A stretch of DNA of 64,000 nucleotides from Octopus vulgaris (Eukaryota), in the NCBI GenBank assembly GCA_951406725.2, contig OX597815.1, positions 1,488,001-1,552,000 on the forward strand, given 5' to 3'. Below the pieces are notes generated by a model, which saw only the letters and a program-made list of their open reading frames with translations, was not told where the DNA came from and did not search any database. The translations under genes were made by a program, and so were the position numbers. Every line of letters starts with the position of its first letter. Within the stretch, counting starts at the first letter, position 1. Shown here piece by piece: positions 52,654-64,000 of this stretch.

Positions 52654-54080
52654 GGTTCTTTAATGATGACCACGACTTCGAGGCACAGCCCCAACTCATG
52701 GCCCGCTACTTCCACCACTGTGGATAGCCCCTCCACTGTAATTCATGCTGCCCTCCTTCTCTATTCACCATACATCAACCCACTCTCCCCGTGACCGTTA
52801 CCCACTCACTCGCCTTCCTTTCCCGCTTACCTACCACCCTTCCATTACACCCCTCCACGCACTAGTTTACGTGCTTTCTGTCACCCTGCTACCCCCCACA
52901 TCTTCCCCAACTCACCTCTCATTTCCTTCAAATGCATCCGTAATCTACGCGACCCACTTATTCGTCGCTCTTTCCCCACTCCTGACAATCAGCCTAGTTT
53001 CTTCCCTTGCTCTCGCCCACCTCGCTGCACTTGTCCCTTCCTCTCTAACATCACCGCCTTCATTGATACCCACCACTGCTCCTTCCATATCACGGACTCC
53101 TTCACTTGCACCTCCACTTATCTCATTTTCTGCATCCTCAGCACTTTTTGCCTCTCTTTATATAGGACAAACTGGTCGATGCCTGGATGATCGTTTTACC
53201 GAACACTTACGGGACCTCGGACTCGGTAATGACACTCCGGTTTCGCATCACTTCCGTTTGGTTGGTCAATCTCTTCAACATTTGCCTGTGCTCAGACTGA
53301 CCTTACACAGAGGACCCCCACCCGGACACCCACTTTGGTCCTCGATGGTCTAAACTCCCAACCATTTTCATTTAATCCCATTTTTCCATTTCACACACGC
53401 ACTTTTACGTCCGCATAGTCTTTTTAATTACCCCCATTCACTTAGACCGTCTAACAAAACACCCAACACCATACACACCAACGCGTTTCAACAGTATACA
53501 CACACACACACACACACACATACACACAGCAGCATCTACACTTCAGCTACCGTCTCATATACACACATATAGCAACGTGTACATAATAACAACACCATTG
53601 CACTCCCTAACATCCACAACTTATGTCACCCCTATTTCGCCTAACATGTCTGTCCGGTATAACGCACAGTCTCGTGCACACATACAAACAGAAAACAAGC
53701 ACACACACACACGCACATGCACATACTATACACGCACAAACACACACACACTATACATGCATACCATAACTTCATACGTACACACGCTTGCACACACGAA
53801 CTCTCCTCACACGTGCCAGGCTCACAGTTGTTCCCCTTGCCACTCATGCTAAAAGCCACCTCTTCATCACTTCTGGCTATTTCAGTATACATTGATCGTT
53901 CTGTATTCGTGCATTCCTATCTCTCTTTACTCTCCCCTTTAATTTTCTCGCCTTGTTTATTCTTTTCTTCGGAAGAATAGCAAATACTCACAACGTAACA
54001 GACGTTCCCTTCTTTTGTCCCCTATATTATGGGTGTAAAACTAATACAACCTGGTTTTTGTTTACCTCGTCTTTGTCTTA
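52330..54080 (+). mobile_element. Penelope-like element remnant (RT thumb, GIY-YIG and terminal repeat)
   Basis: FPLTYHP and SLYIGQTGRCLDDRFTEHLRD...TPVSHHF mark a GIY-YIG endonuclease. A decayed terminal-repeat-like tail lies at ~53900-54080 and an inverted partial copy at 51188-51330. Confidence 0.8.
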
Positions 54081-54441
54081 TATCTTTTTTTGCATAATAT
54101 CTATATAACAACGACGAAGATGGATTCTCAGTAAAATAAAGTGTTGATCGTGTTCTATGGACACAAATGGGTTTCTTGAGGCCTGCTGGCTCTTTGTAAA
54201 GCTTTTGGTAAATGGAACAAGTTGAGGACTCAGTTTGATTGAGTTGAGAGATTGTGGATTAGTTACTGTTTCCTTGTGTGGACGGCTAGGCCTGCTTTGC
54301 TTCATTCCACAAAACCACAGTGAGAGGTGAGGTTTCCATTTAGAGGAGCAGCGTTTTGCCAGCGTGCCTTCACGCTTGCACGAAGTCGGTCCCCGTGTTT
54401 GGAGTCAGTTTTGTTCAAATTATATATATATATATATATAA

Positions 54442-54474
<33 letters not shown>

Positions 54475-54582
54475 TGGGCATGGCTATATATATATGTATA
54501 TGTATAGATGAAGTTAATCCAAACATGAAAACACAAAGAGAATATAGTGTTATTGGACGCTCAGGAAAGGAAAGAAAGGAGG

Positions 54583-54617
54583 ATTTAACGTTTCGAGCGG
54601 AGCTCTTCGTCAGAAAC
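54583..54617 (-). ncRNA. Minimal hammerhead in a PLE terminal-repeat fragment
   Basis: GUUU-CUGACGA-A-GAGC(UCC)GCUC-GAAACGUU^AAAU, with palindromic stem III ACGU. Confidence 0.6.
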
Positions 54618-54688
54618 ATAAAAAAAGGAAAGGTCCAAGGAAGGGAAGACGGAGAAAGAAAATGCCAACGATACGTACGCGGTCACAT

Positions 54689-54726
<38 letters not shown>

Positions 54727-55974
54727 GCATACAAATGTCAGAGGAGTTGTGTTAAGATTCGTTTCGAATTTTGTAAGATTCGTTTCGAATTTTGGCACAA
54801 GGGCAGCAAACTGATGTGGGGCGGGGGAAAGTCGATTACATTGACCCCCCCCCCAGTGCTCAACTGGTACTTATTTTATCAGCCTCAAAAGGATTAAAGA
54901 GAAAGTCGACCGCGATGGAATTTGAAGTGAAAACGTGAACACGGACGAAATGCCGCCAAGCATTCTGTCCGGCGAACTAACGATTCTTATTTCTTTATTT
55001 CCCACAAGGGGCTAAACATAGAGGGGACAAACAAGAACAGACAAACGGATTAAGTCGATTACATCTGGTACTTAATTTATCGACCCCGAAAGGATGAAAC
55101 GCAAAGTCGACCTCGGCGGAATTTGAACTCGGAACGCAGCGGCGGACGAAATACCACAAAGCATTTCGCCCGGCCTGCTAACGTTTCTGCCAACTCGCCG
55201 CCTTATTAAGAGACGTAATATTAAGACGCTAGAAGATGTTCCTTGCTGGTTTCATTTGACGGTGTGAGGTGTCGTCTGCCAGTAATTTGTTTGTTAGAAA
55301 AACTTCCAAATGATCAATACTTCATATCGATTTTTATGATGATTGCACTTGTTAGATTCAGTCTTTGCTGGGTGCAAAAACTGTGTATAGGATGAGGGGA
55401 GGGTGGGGGCGAATATTATGAAACAGAACAGATGGACGCACACAGAGATTAGACACACATGAATACAAACACAAACACACTCATGCAGACACGTTTATCC
55501 ACACAAGCATACACACACACACATACAGACATACATGCACATTGACTCACACATAGAAACAGGCATATACATACATATATATACACAGGTGCACACATAC
55601 AAGCAAACACCTACAAAGACATGAACAGACACACAGTCATACGTATGCATATACAAACAGACACACACACACACACACATGCATATGCACAAACACACTA
55701 ATACACACATAGGTACAGAAACTATAGACGAAATCTTTACCAGTAATTCCTTGGGGCCAAATACCTTCCTTTATTGATATTTTCAGTAAAACATTATAAG
55801 TAAACTAATTAGATATACATATGTTTTGGTATTTATGGCCGTGCGTGGACATATATCTCTCTGTCTGTCGATATGTATGTATCTATCTAGCTAGCCATAC
55901 ATACATACATACATACATACATACATACATACATACATACATACATACATACATACATACATACATACAATACA

Positions 55975-56007
<33 letters not shown>

Positions 56008-56412
56008 CTCTATATATAAAACTGAAATGCGTTTTTACCGCTTGGATCGATTTCAATGCCACTACGTCCCGTCCGATTCGCTCGAAAATTTACAGGGACA
56101 TGTAGAATGAGGTGACGATGCACGTGGGCTATCTTAGAAATCCCTATCTCAAAATGTGTGGTTGCTAGGGGCCATCTTCCTCACTCACGCTATTTCCTCC
56201 TTTCCCTCTCTTACTCTCCTTCATTTATAACTTTGAGAAGTACACTACCGTTATTTAAAGTATCTGTCGCTCTCGCTATTTCCTATCTTTTTCACTGACT
56301 CTGTTTCCTACCTTCCCATCACTTCGGCGGCGTTCTTTTAAGTACCTGTCTGTCACCAACAACACACGAGCATGAGAACAAATATTATGAATCAGATATT
56401 CTTGCGTTCATT

Positions 56413-56418
<6 letters not shown>

Positions 56419-56443
<25 letters not shown>

Positions 56444-56660
56444 TCTATATATAAATATGTATATATAATGTATATGTATGTGTGTGTGTTTGTTCTATAT
56501 ATAAATATGTATATATAATGTATGTGTGTGTGTGTGTTCTATATATAAATATGTATATATAATGTATGTGTGTGTGTGTGTTCTATATATAAATATGTAT
56601 ATATAATGTTTGTGTGTGTGTGTGTTCTATATATAAATATGTATATATAATGTATATATA
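56419..56660. repeat. ~44-bp minisatellite x5
   Basis: Unit ttctatatataaatatgtatatataatgt plus (TG)n. Confidence 0.9.
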
Positions 56661-56903
56661 CAAAGTGTATATATCTGTATTTATGTATATTAAACTTTTT
56701 CATACTTTTTCATAGTTATATATATTTTTAAACAAATTATAAATATAATTTAATAATTTTTATTTTCAATTTAAATAATTTAAATTTTTCAATTTTATAT
56801 TTTATATATTTTCTATATTATATTTTTTTAATGTTTTTGTTTTTGGTTTTTCAGTTTGATTTGCCTATTAGTGGTTTTCTCTCTAATTTAATTTATACAG
56901 ATA

Positions 56904-57298
56904 CTAGCAGTATCGCCCGGCGTTGCTCGGGTTTGATAGGGAAATAACTATATAAGCATTTTTAGAGAGTTATAGCAAAAAAATAGCAAAACAATGCATT
57001 AAAAATGGAATAAAAAATGATGGCAATTTTTTTTAAATCGTTGACTCATCCTAGACATTTTTAGAGAGTTACTTCCCTTATATAAAGCGAAAAAATGCAT
57101 TAAAATGGAAAAAATGATGGTAATTTTTTTTTTTAATAGTAGACTCATCGTAGACGCGCGCTAATACCCAGAAGGGCTCGATATGAATCACGACTATAAG
57201 ATACCCGCTTTTGGTTAAACTGCACCGCAAAATGTGGGAGTAGTTAGGAATCTAAATCGTAGGAGACAGACACACAACTTTACTTTTATATATAAAGA
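56904..57298 (-). mobile_element. Non-autonomous Helitron (second subfamily)
   Basis: Minus strand A|TCtttatatataaaag...cccgagcaacgccgggcgatactgCTAG|T. Further Helitron-like 5' ends lie at ~56005 and ~58712. Confidence 0.85.
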
Positions 57299-57299
57299 T

Positions 57300-57657
57300 T
57301 TGTGCAACAACTAAAACATTCGGTTGTGCAAATTGTTTGTTCAGAAACCTGCCCTGTGTGGCGGTTTTTGCCGTTTTTGTGGATCGGTTTCAGCTTTTTT
57401 AGCGATTTCTGTTTTGGCGACTTCAAGCCATGAAGTCGTTGTTCTAAAAGAACGCTGGTCTCCTTGACAACGCTTTACGACGTTGATTTCCCTACCCTGC
57501 CTTCCCCACGGCTTCACGAGGGAGAGAAGAAGGGGAGGAGCTACACAGGTGCAGGTGCGAGCATGAACGCCAACGCCGCCACCGACACACGAAAAAATTG
57601 GAAGAACCCAGACGACAGCTTCAGCCACCACCACCACCACCACTACGACCAACACCA
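57300..57657 (+). repeat. Unclassified hairpin-rich repeat (diverged copy) ending in short (ACC)n
   Basis: Homologous to 60825-61160 and 63025-63342. Confidence 0.85.
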
Positions 57658-58231
57658 TTGAAGACTAAAACAATGCGAAGCGCATTGTGACCAGCGATGT
57701 ATAGCAAGATCTGATGGCCTGGTCGGTCACGTGGTCACGTGATATATATATATATATGGATGGACGGAGGGACGGATAGATAGATAGATCTTGCTCGGTG
57801 GGAGAATACTTCCATGAAGTATTGACTGGAGATCATAAGGCATCCAACACCTTGACATTCCGAGCGTGTCACTCCCTCCAACAATACTATGGAATGTCCA
57901 GAAACTTTGGGCGTACATTAACTTGTGACACGTATAAATACAGCTTAGCTTTTCTTGGAGTCTAATTACCTGCGGCTGTAATCTGTCGTCGCAAGGAGAA
58001 AATGGAATAATTCAACCAATTAAGCCACAACAGAATGGTAGGTGGCAGCAGGAAGGTTACATGATTTGTTGAAATTGCCATCTATTTCGATACGGGACCA
58101 AGTATATAACATACGCCGGTTAAAAAGCTTGTTGATCGAATATCATCCGCCTTTTGTTATCTATACAAGCAGGCGTGTTGCTTACAAACTTCCTGTACCA
58201 ATGTCATTTCGGATCGCACTACGCTATCAAT

Positions 58232-58267
<36 letters not shown>

Positions 58268-59645
58268 TGCAAACAACTTGCACATATATATATATATATA
58301 TATATATAAATATATAAAAGTGATTGTAACTTCGAAGTTTCTGCCTGGTACCCTTCGTCAGGTTGTCCAATGAAATTTACTAGGCCGAAGTTTCGAAGAC
58401 CATCTCACACCGCTTTTCGTAAAAGAATAATAAATATGAATTCTTCAAAAAGTACAGCAATCCATCGAATGTCGCGGGTGCTACGTTCCAAACCCCTCGC
58501 GATAGGTGAAAATCCGCGAAGTAGAAGCAGTACTATACTGTATATATTTCTTCTATTATTTCTATAATTTGTATCTACTTATTTCGTTACAAATGCAAAA
58601 CGACACCAGAAAGGAATCGACAGAAGCTTAAATAAGTGAACCGTGATATGGCGAGGGATTATTGTATTCAGTAATTCTATATTCTTATGTTTAATTATTT
58701 TTATCATATGTATCTCTCTATATATAAACGGCAGTTTGTCTGTCAGGTTGTACCCTGACCCTGACCACGGCTTTCAACCGATTCTGATGAAACTTGACAC
58801 ACACATAGCCCAATGTCATAATTCAAAACTAACGCAGCTAAAATTTTGAAAAGTTCCCCCAGTTCTGAAAAAAATCGATAAATTCGACATGGGGTCGAGA
58901 ATCTAAGCTTTTTATATGCAACACATTTTCTGTTGTAGTTTTCGCAACTTGCAATCGATTTTCACCAAACTCATGGTGAAGCTTAACGTTACCCTAAGAA
59001 ACTTAATTCTGACGTTAGTTTTCCATGCAATACCTTACCATCAGAAAAAACCGATAAAATCATGCCATTTTGGGAAATCCCGTTCAAATTCAAGATGACA
59101 TATTTTCGACAATATCTTTCACAAATTGGCAGGAATTTTTTTTAAAATTCACAGCGTGCATCATGTCTGGTCCAAGGAGCTATATGGCCCTTTTTATTCC
59201 AATATGATACTTTATTACTGGAAAAAATCTGTTAATTAAATCATATGTAGCACACATAGCAAACCGATTTGTGTATTAAACACAAACCACAGACTGTCTA
59301 GGGGACGCAATTGGTTGGGTTGAATTATCGATAGCTGTTTGATAGTTATTTGGGAGTGAAGAGAAGACATTGCAACCTACACATGCGCCTTCGTTCCCTA
59401 GAGGGAAAGGACTAGATTGGGATTATTTCCTTATGTGTTTACGGATGGTTGAATTTTGCGTGTGTGTGTGTGTATACATATATGTGGGGGTGTGCATATG
59501 TGTGTATATATAGCAGGGGGAGCCTGTGCAGGCTTTCATATTACATGCAGCTTACGTCAGTTGTTCATGTATACAAAGTTGCATTAAACACACACATGTA
59601 TGTATGCAAGAAAAAATGTGTGTGTGTGAGTATAATATATATGTA

Positions 59646-59724
<79 letters not shown>

Positions 59725-59793
59725 CTTCTAATATTCATACGCATCTTTGAATATATGAATATATATCTATAAACACACACACACACACATATA

Positions 59794-59838
<45 letters not shown>

Positions 59839-59851
59839 ATATCTCTCTCTC

Positions 59852-59888
<37 letters not shown>

Positions 59889-59989
59889 CTTGTGTATATA
59901 TATATATATATATCAAAATGTGACCTCGGGTGTACCGTTGGCGATTTTTTCCCTCTGTCTTCCCTTCTCTGGATCTTTCCTTCTCCTAT

Positions 59990-60024
59990 GTTTCCGACGA
60001 AGAGCTCCGCTCGAAACGTTAAAC
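59990..60024 (+). ncRNA. Minimal hammerhead, U4C core variant
   Basis: GUUU-CCGACGA-A-GAGC(UCC)GCUC-GAAACGUU^AAAC. Same family as the 54.6 kb motif. Confidence 0.45.
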
Positions 60025-60122
60025 CCTCCTTCTTTCCTTCTTTCCTGAGCGTCCAATAATACTATATTTGCTCCACGTCCTCGCGTTGTTGTGTTTTTTT
60101 GTGCTTTCCTGTTTGGATTAAC

Positions 60123-60235
<113 letters not shown>

Positions 60236-60438
60236 TTACAGATATAGGGTGAAATATAATTAATTTAATAAAATCAAAAAATTTCACCTTGTAGGATTTC
60301 GGTATGGAAAAAGACCATATTCGGTGAAAAACTTGTATAATTATAATAATAAGGGTTTTTGCAACAAGTTGCTTGACCACATACCCAAAATTTCAGAAAT
60401 AGCAGCCAAAGGACTACTATATAATAGTAAGTTTGCCT

Positions 60439-60775
60439 GCGCATGGCTCAGTGGTTAGAGCGTCGAGCTTACGATCGTGAGGTTGTGAGCTCGAATCCCG
60501 GACCGGGCTGCGTGTTGTGTTCTTGAGCAAGGCACTTTATTTCACGTTGCTCCAGTTCACTCAGCTGTAGAAATAAGTTGCGACGTCACTGGTGCCAAGC
60601 TGTATCGGCCTTTGTCTTTCCCTTGGATAACATCGGTGGCGTGGAGAGGGGAGGCCGGTATGCATGGGCGACTGCTGGTTTTCCATAAACAACCTTGCCC
60701 GGACTTGTGTCTAGGAGGGTAACTTTCTAGGTGCAATCCCATGGTCATTCATGACCGAAGGGGGTCTTTACCCTT
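60439..60775 (+). mobile_element. tRNA(Arg)-like SINE (family E, OR-like), full length
   Basis: A-box tggctcagtggttagagc, ACG-containing loop, B-box gagctcgaatccc and tgtgttcttgagcaaggcacttt central domain. Confidence 0.8.
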
Positions 60776-61187
60776 CATATTTTCTTCAAAAGTTTGTGTT
60801 TGGATAATATTTTTTATGTAAAAGTTGTGCAACAACTAATAAATACAAAATACATTCGGTTGTGCCAATTCTTTGCACGGGAAACCTGCCTTTGTGTGGC
60901 GTGTTTCCCCATTTTGTAAATTCGTCTTCAGCTTTCCTAGCCATTCTCTGCTTTGAGCATGGCGACTTCAAAGCCATCAAGTCGTTCTTCGAGAAGAACG
61001 GTGGTCTCCTTGGCAACGCTTACGACGTGTGATTTCCCTACCCTCCCCTTCCCCACTGCTTCACGAGGGAGGGAAAGAAGGGGAGGAGCAAGACAGGTGC
61101 AGGTGCGAGCATGGACGCCGACACACGAAGAATTGGAAGAACCCAGACGACGGCTTCACAGTCAAACGACTACTACGGACAACTCTG

Positions 61188-62808
61188 CCACGACCACGAC
61201 GACCACCACGACGACCACCACCACCATCACCACCACCACCACCACCACCATCGCCGCTACAACCACAACCACCACCACCATCGCCGCCACCACCATCACC
61301 ACCACCACCATCACCACCATCACCACCACCACCATCACCATCACCATCATCACCACCATCACCAACCCTACCACCACCACCACCACCATCACCACCACCA
61401 ACTCCACCACGACCACCACCACAACAACCACCACCACCACTACCACCACCACCACCACCACCATCACCACCATCATCACCACCACCACCACCACCATCAT
61501 CACCACCACCACCACCACCACCACCACCGCCACCGCCGCCGCCGCCACCACCACCACCACCACAACCATCACCACCACCACCACCATCACCAACTCCACC
61601 ACCACCACCACCACCACCACCATCACCACCATCACCACCACCATCACCACCACCATCGCCGCCACCATCACCACCACCATCGCCGCCACCACCATCACCA
61701 CCACCACCACCACCACCACCACCACCACCACCACCACCACCACCACCACCACCACCACCACCACAACCATCACCATCACCACCACCATCACCAACTCCAC
61801 GACCACCACCATCACCACCATCACCACCATCACCACCATCACCATCACCACCACCACCACCACCACAACCATCACCACCACCACCACCATCACCAACTCC
61901 ACGACCACCACCATCACCACCATCACCACACCACCACCACCACCACCACACCACCACCACCACCACCACCACCACCACCACCACCACCACACCACCATCA
62001 CCACCACCACCACCACCACCACCACCACCACCACCACCATCACCACCAACTCCACCACCACGATCACCACCACCACCACCACAACCATCACCACCACCAC
62101 CACCATCACCACCACCACCACCACCACCACCACCACCACCACCACCGCCGCCGCCACCACCACCACCACCACCACAACCATCACCACCACCACCATCACC
62201 AACTCCACGACCACCACCATCACCACCATCACCACCATCACCACCACCATCACCAACACCACCACCACCACCACCACCACCACCACCACAACCACCACCA
62301 CCACAACCACCACCACCACAACCACCACCACCACAACCACCACCACCACCACCACCACCACCACCACCACCACCACCAACACCACCACCACCACCACCAC
62401 CACCACAACCACCACCACCACCACCACCACCACCACCACCACCACCACCCACCACCACCACCATCACCACCACCACCACCATCACCACCACCAACCCACC
62501 CACCACCACCACCAACTCCACCACCACCACCATCACCACCGCCACCACCACCACCATCATCATCACCACCATCACCACCACCACCACCACCACCACCACC
62601 ACCACCACCACCACCACCACCACCACCACCACCACCATCACCACCACCACCACCATCACCCACCACCACCACCACCACCACCACCACCACCACCACCACC
62701 ACCACCACCATCACCATCACCACCACCACCACCACCACCACCACCACCACCACCACCACCACCATTACCACCACCACCACCACCACCACCACCACCACCA
62801 CCACCACC
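61188..62808. repeat. 1.6-kb degenerate (ACC)n array
   Basis: Seen directly, with ATC/GCC/ACA/AACTCC interruptions. Confidence 0.95.
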
Positions 62809-63342
62809 AATTTTCCGTGTGTCGGCGTCCAGGCTCACACCTGCACCTGTGAAGCGTTGTCATGGAGACCACCGTTCTTCTCCAAAAATTCTAAACTTCG
62901 TATTCTTGTAGAATCTGTCAAAATAAAACATTTTTTTCTCTTGGCTTTATTCAGAAAATTCTAGAGTTTCTAAGATATTTGCTGTTTTTTCTTCTGCAAT
63001 TTCAACCAATCAATGACGTCTATTGCGCCACAACCAATAAATACATTCGGTTGTGCCAATTCTTTGCACGGGAAACCTGCCTTTGTGTGGCGTGTTTCCC
63101 CATTTTGTAAATTCGTCTTCGGCTTTCCTCGCCATTCTCTGCTTTGAGCATGGCGACTTCAAAGCCATCAAGTCGGTCTTCGAGAAGAACGGTCGTCTCC
63201 TTGGCAACGCTTACGACGTGTGTTTTCCCTACCCTCCCCTTCCCCACAGCCTCACGAGGGAGGGAAAGAAGGGGAGGAGCAAGACAGGTGCAGGTGCGAG
63301 CATGGACGCCGACACACGAAGAATTGGAAGAACCCAGACGAC

Positions 63343-63746
63343 ATATATATATATATAAAGCTGAAGTTGTCTGTGTGTGTGGCAGGTTTGGCAGCCTTCA
63401 ACAAACACTATCTCCTCCGAGACCCTGCTGTGCAAGTTGACCAAAATTGAGAGTATGATAGAAGAAGGATTGCTCTTCCTTCCGTAGGAGAAAAAATTCA
63501 AATCGGACCATGTTTACACCAATAATTATTTACATCAAAAAGGTGCTTATTTTTCTATGAAAATCCCTATTTTTTACGATCTTTTGACTGCTGTGTCGCC
63601 ATTTTTCGGTGTATTTCAACCAGAAAAATGTTCACTTAAAGAGAATAACAAGCTACATAATGCACAATTTTACTTTTCAAAAATTCTAATTCTAAAGGGT
63701 CTAAAGGGTCGAAAGAAACCCGAGCAACACCGGGCGGTTCTGCTAG
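63343..63746 (+). mobile_element. Non-autonomous Helitron
   Basis: Close copy of 43219-43610, ending cccgagcaacaccgggcggttctgCTAG|T. Confidence 0.85.
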
Positions 63747-64000
63747 TATATATATATATATATATGCATAATAAACAGGCAGTGAAGACGAAGAGAGAAA
63801 GCAACAGGGGAGGGACATGTTTTAACAAATGTTGTATTAGTTTAACGCTTAAGAATCCGTTTTACCAATTCAGAAAAACTGGATTTGTAAGCTGGCATTT
63901 TCTGCATCATAGCTGTCTGTCACGAATGAAAGGAAAATCATTAGGAGGAGGAGGAGGAGGAGGAATTTTTATGAATCAAAAGCATTACGACGACCAAAGT

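Noticed and set aside
58330-58372. Minus-strand CUGACGA...GAAACUUCGAAGUU hammerhead
   Set aside because: A palindromic stem III is present but stems I and II do not pair, so it is counted only as a possible relic.
60439-60510. tRNA-Arg gene
   Set aside because: The stems are imperfect and the sequence continues into a SINE body, so it is a SINE head. The same applies to 6600-6665.
60953-62964. 600+ aa poly-Thr/Pro/His ORFs (mucin- or extensin-like)
   Set aside because: All three frames are open only because (ACC)n has no stops. The frames swap at indels, there is no signal peptide and the N-terminus is repeat-derived.

Overview
This is AT-rich, microsatellite-saturated eukaryotic DNA. The repeat families point to an Octopus or other coleoid cephalopod genome (inference). 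No intact host protein-coding gene is supportable: nearly all listed ORFs are (CA)n/(TA)n/(TACA)n/(ACC)n read-throughs or decayed transposon ORFs. The window is a mosaic of tRNA-derived SINEs, RTE, CR1-like and R4/Dong LINE fragments, Penelope-like (PLE) remnants, non-autonomous Helitrons, mariner and hAT elements. Five observations stand out. (1) Several minimal hammerhead-ribozyme (HHR) motifs occur, three of them inside fold-back cassettes. (2) An unclassified hairpin-rich repeat occurs three times, and one copy brackets a 1.6-kb (ACC)n array with inverted arms. (3) A pre-miRNA-like hairpin lies at ~10.24-10.32 kb. (4) A candidate minus-strand promoter and first exon at ~20.8-21.06 kb sits beside an apparent switch in CpG decay and repeat content near 16 kb. 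(5) A 26-bp minisatellite has arisen inside a mariner transposase. All calls were made by eye and boundaries are approximate.
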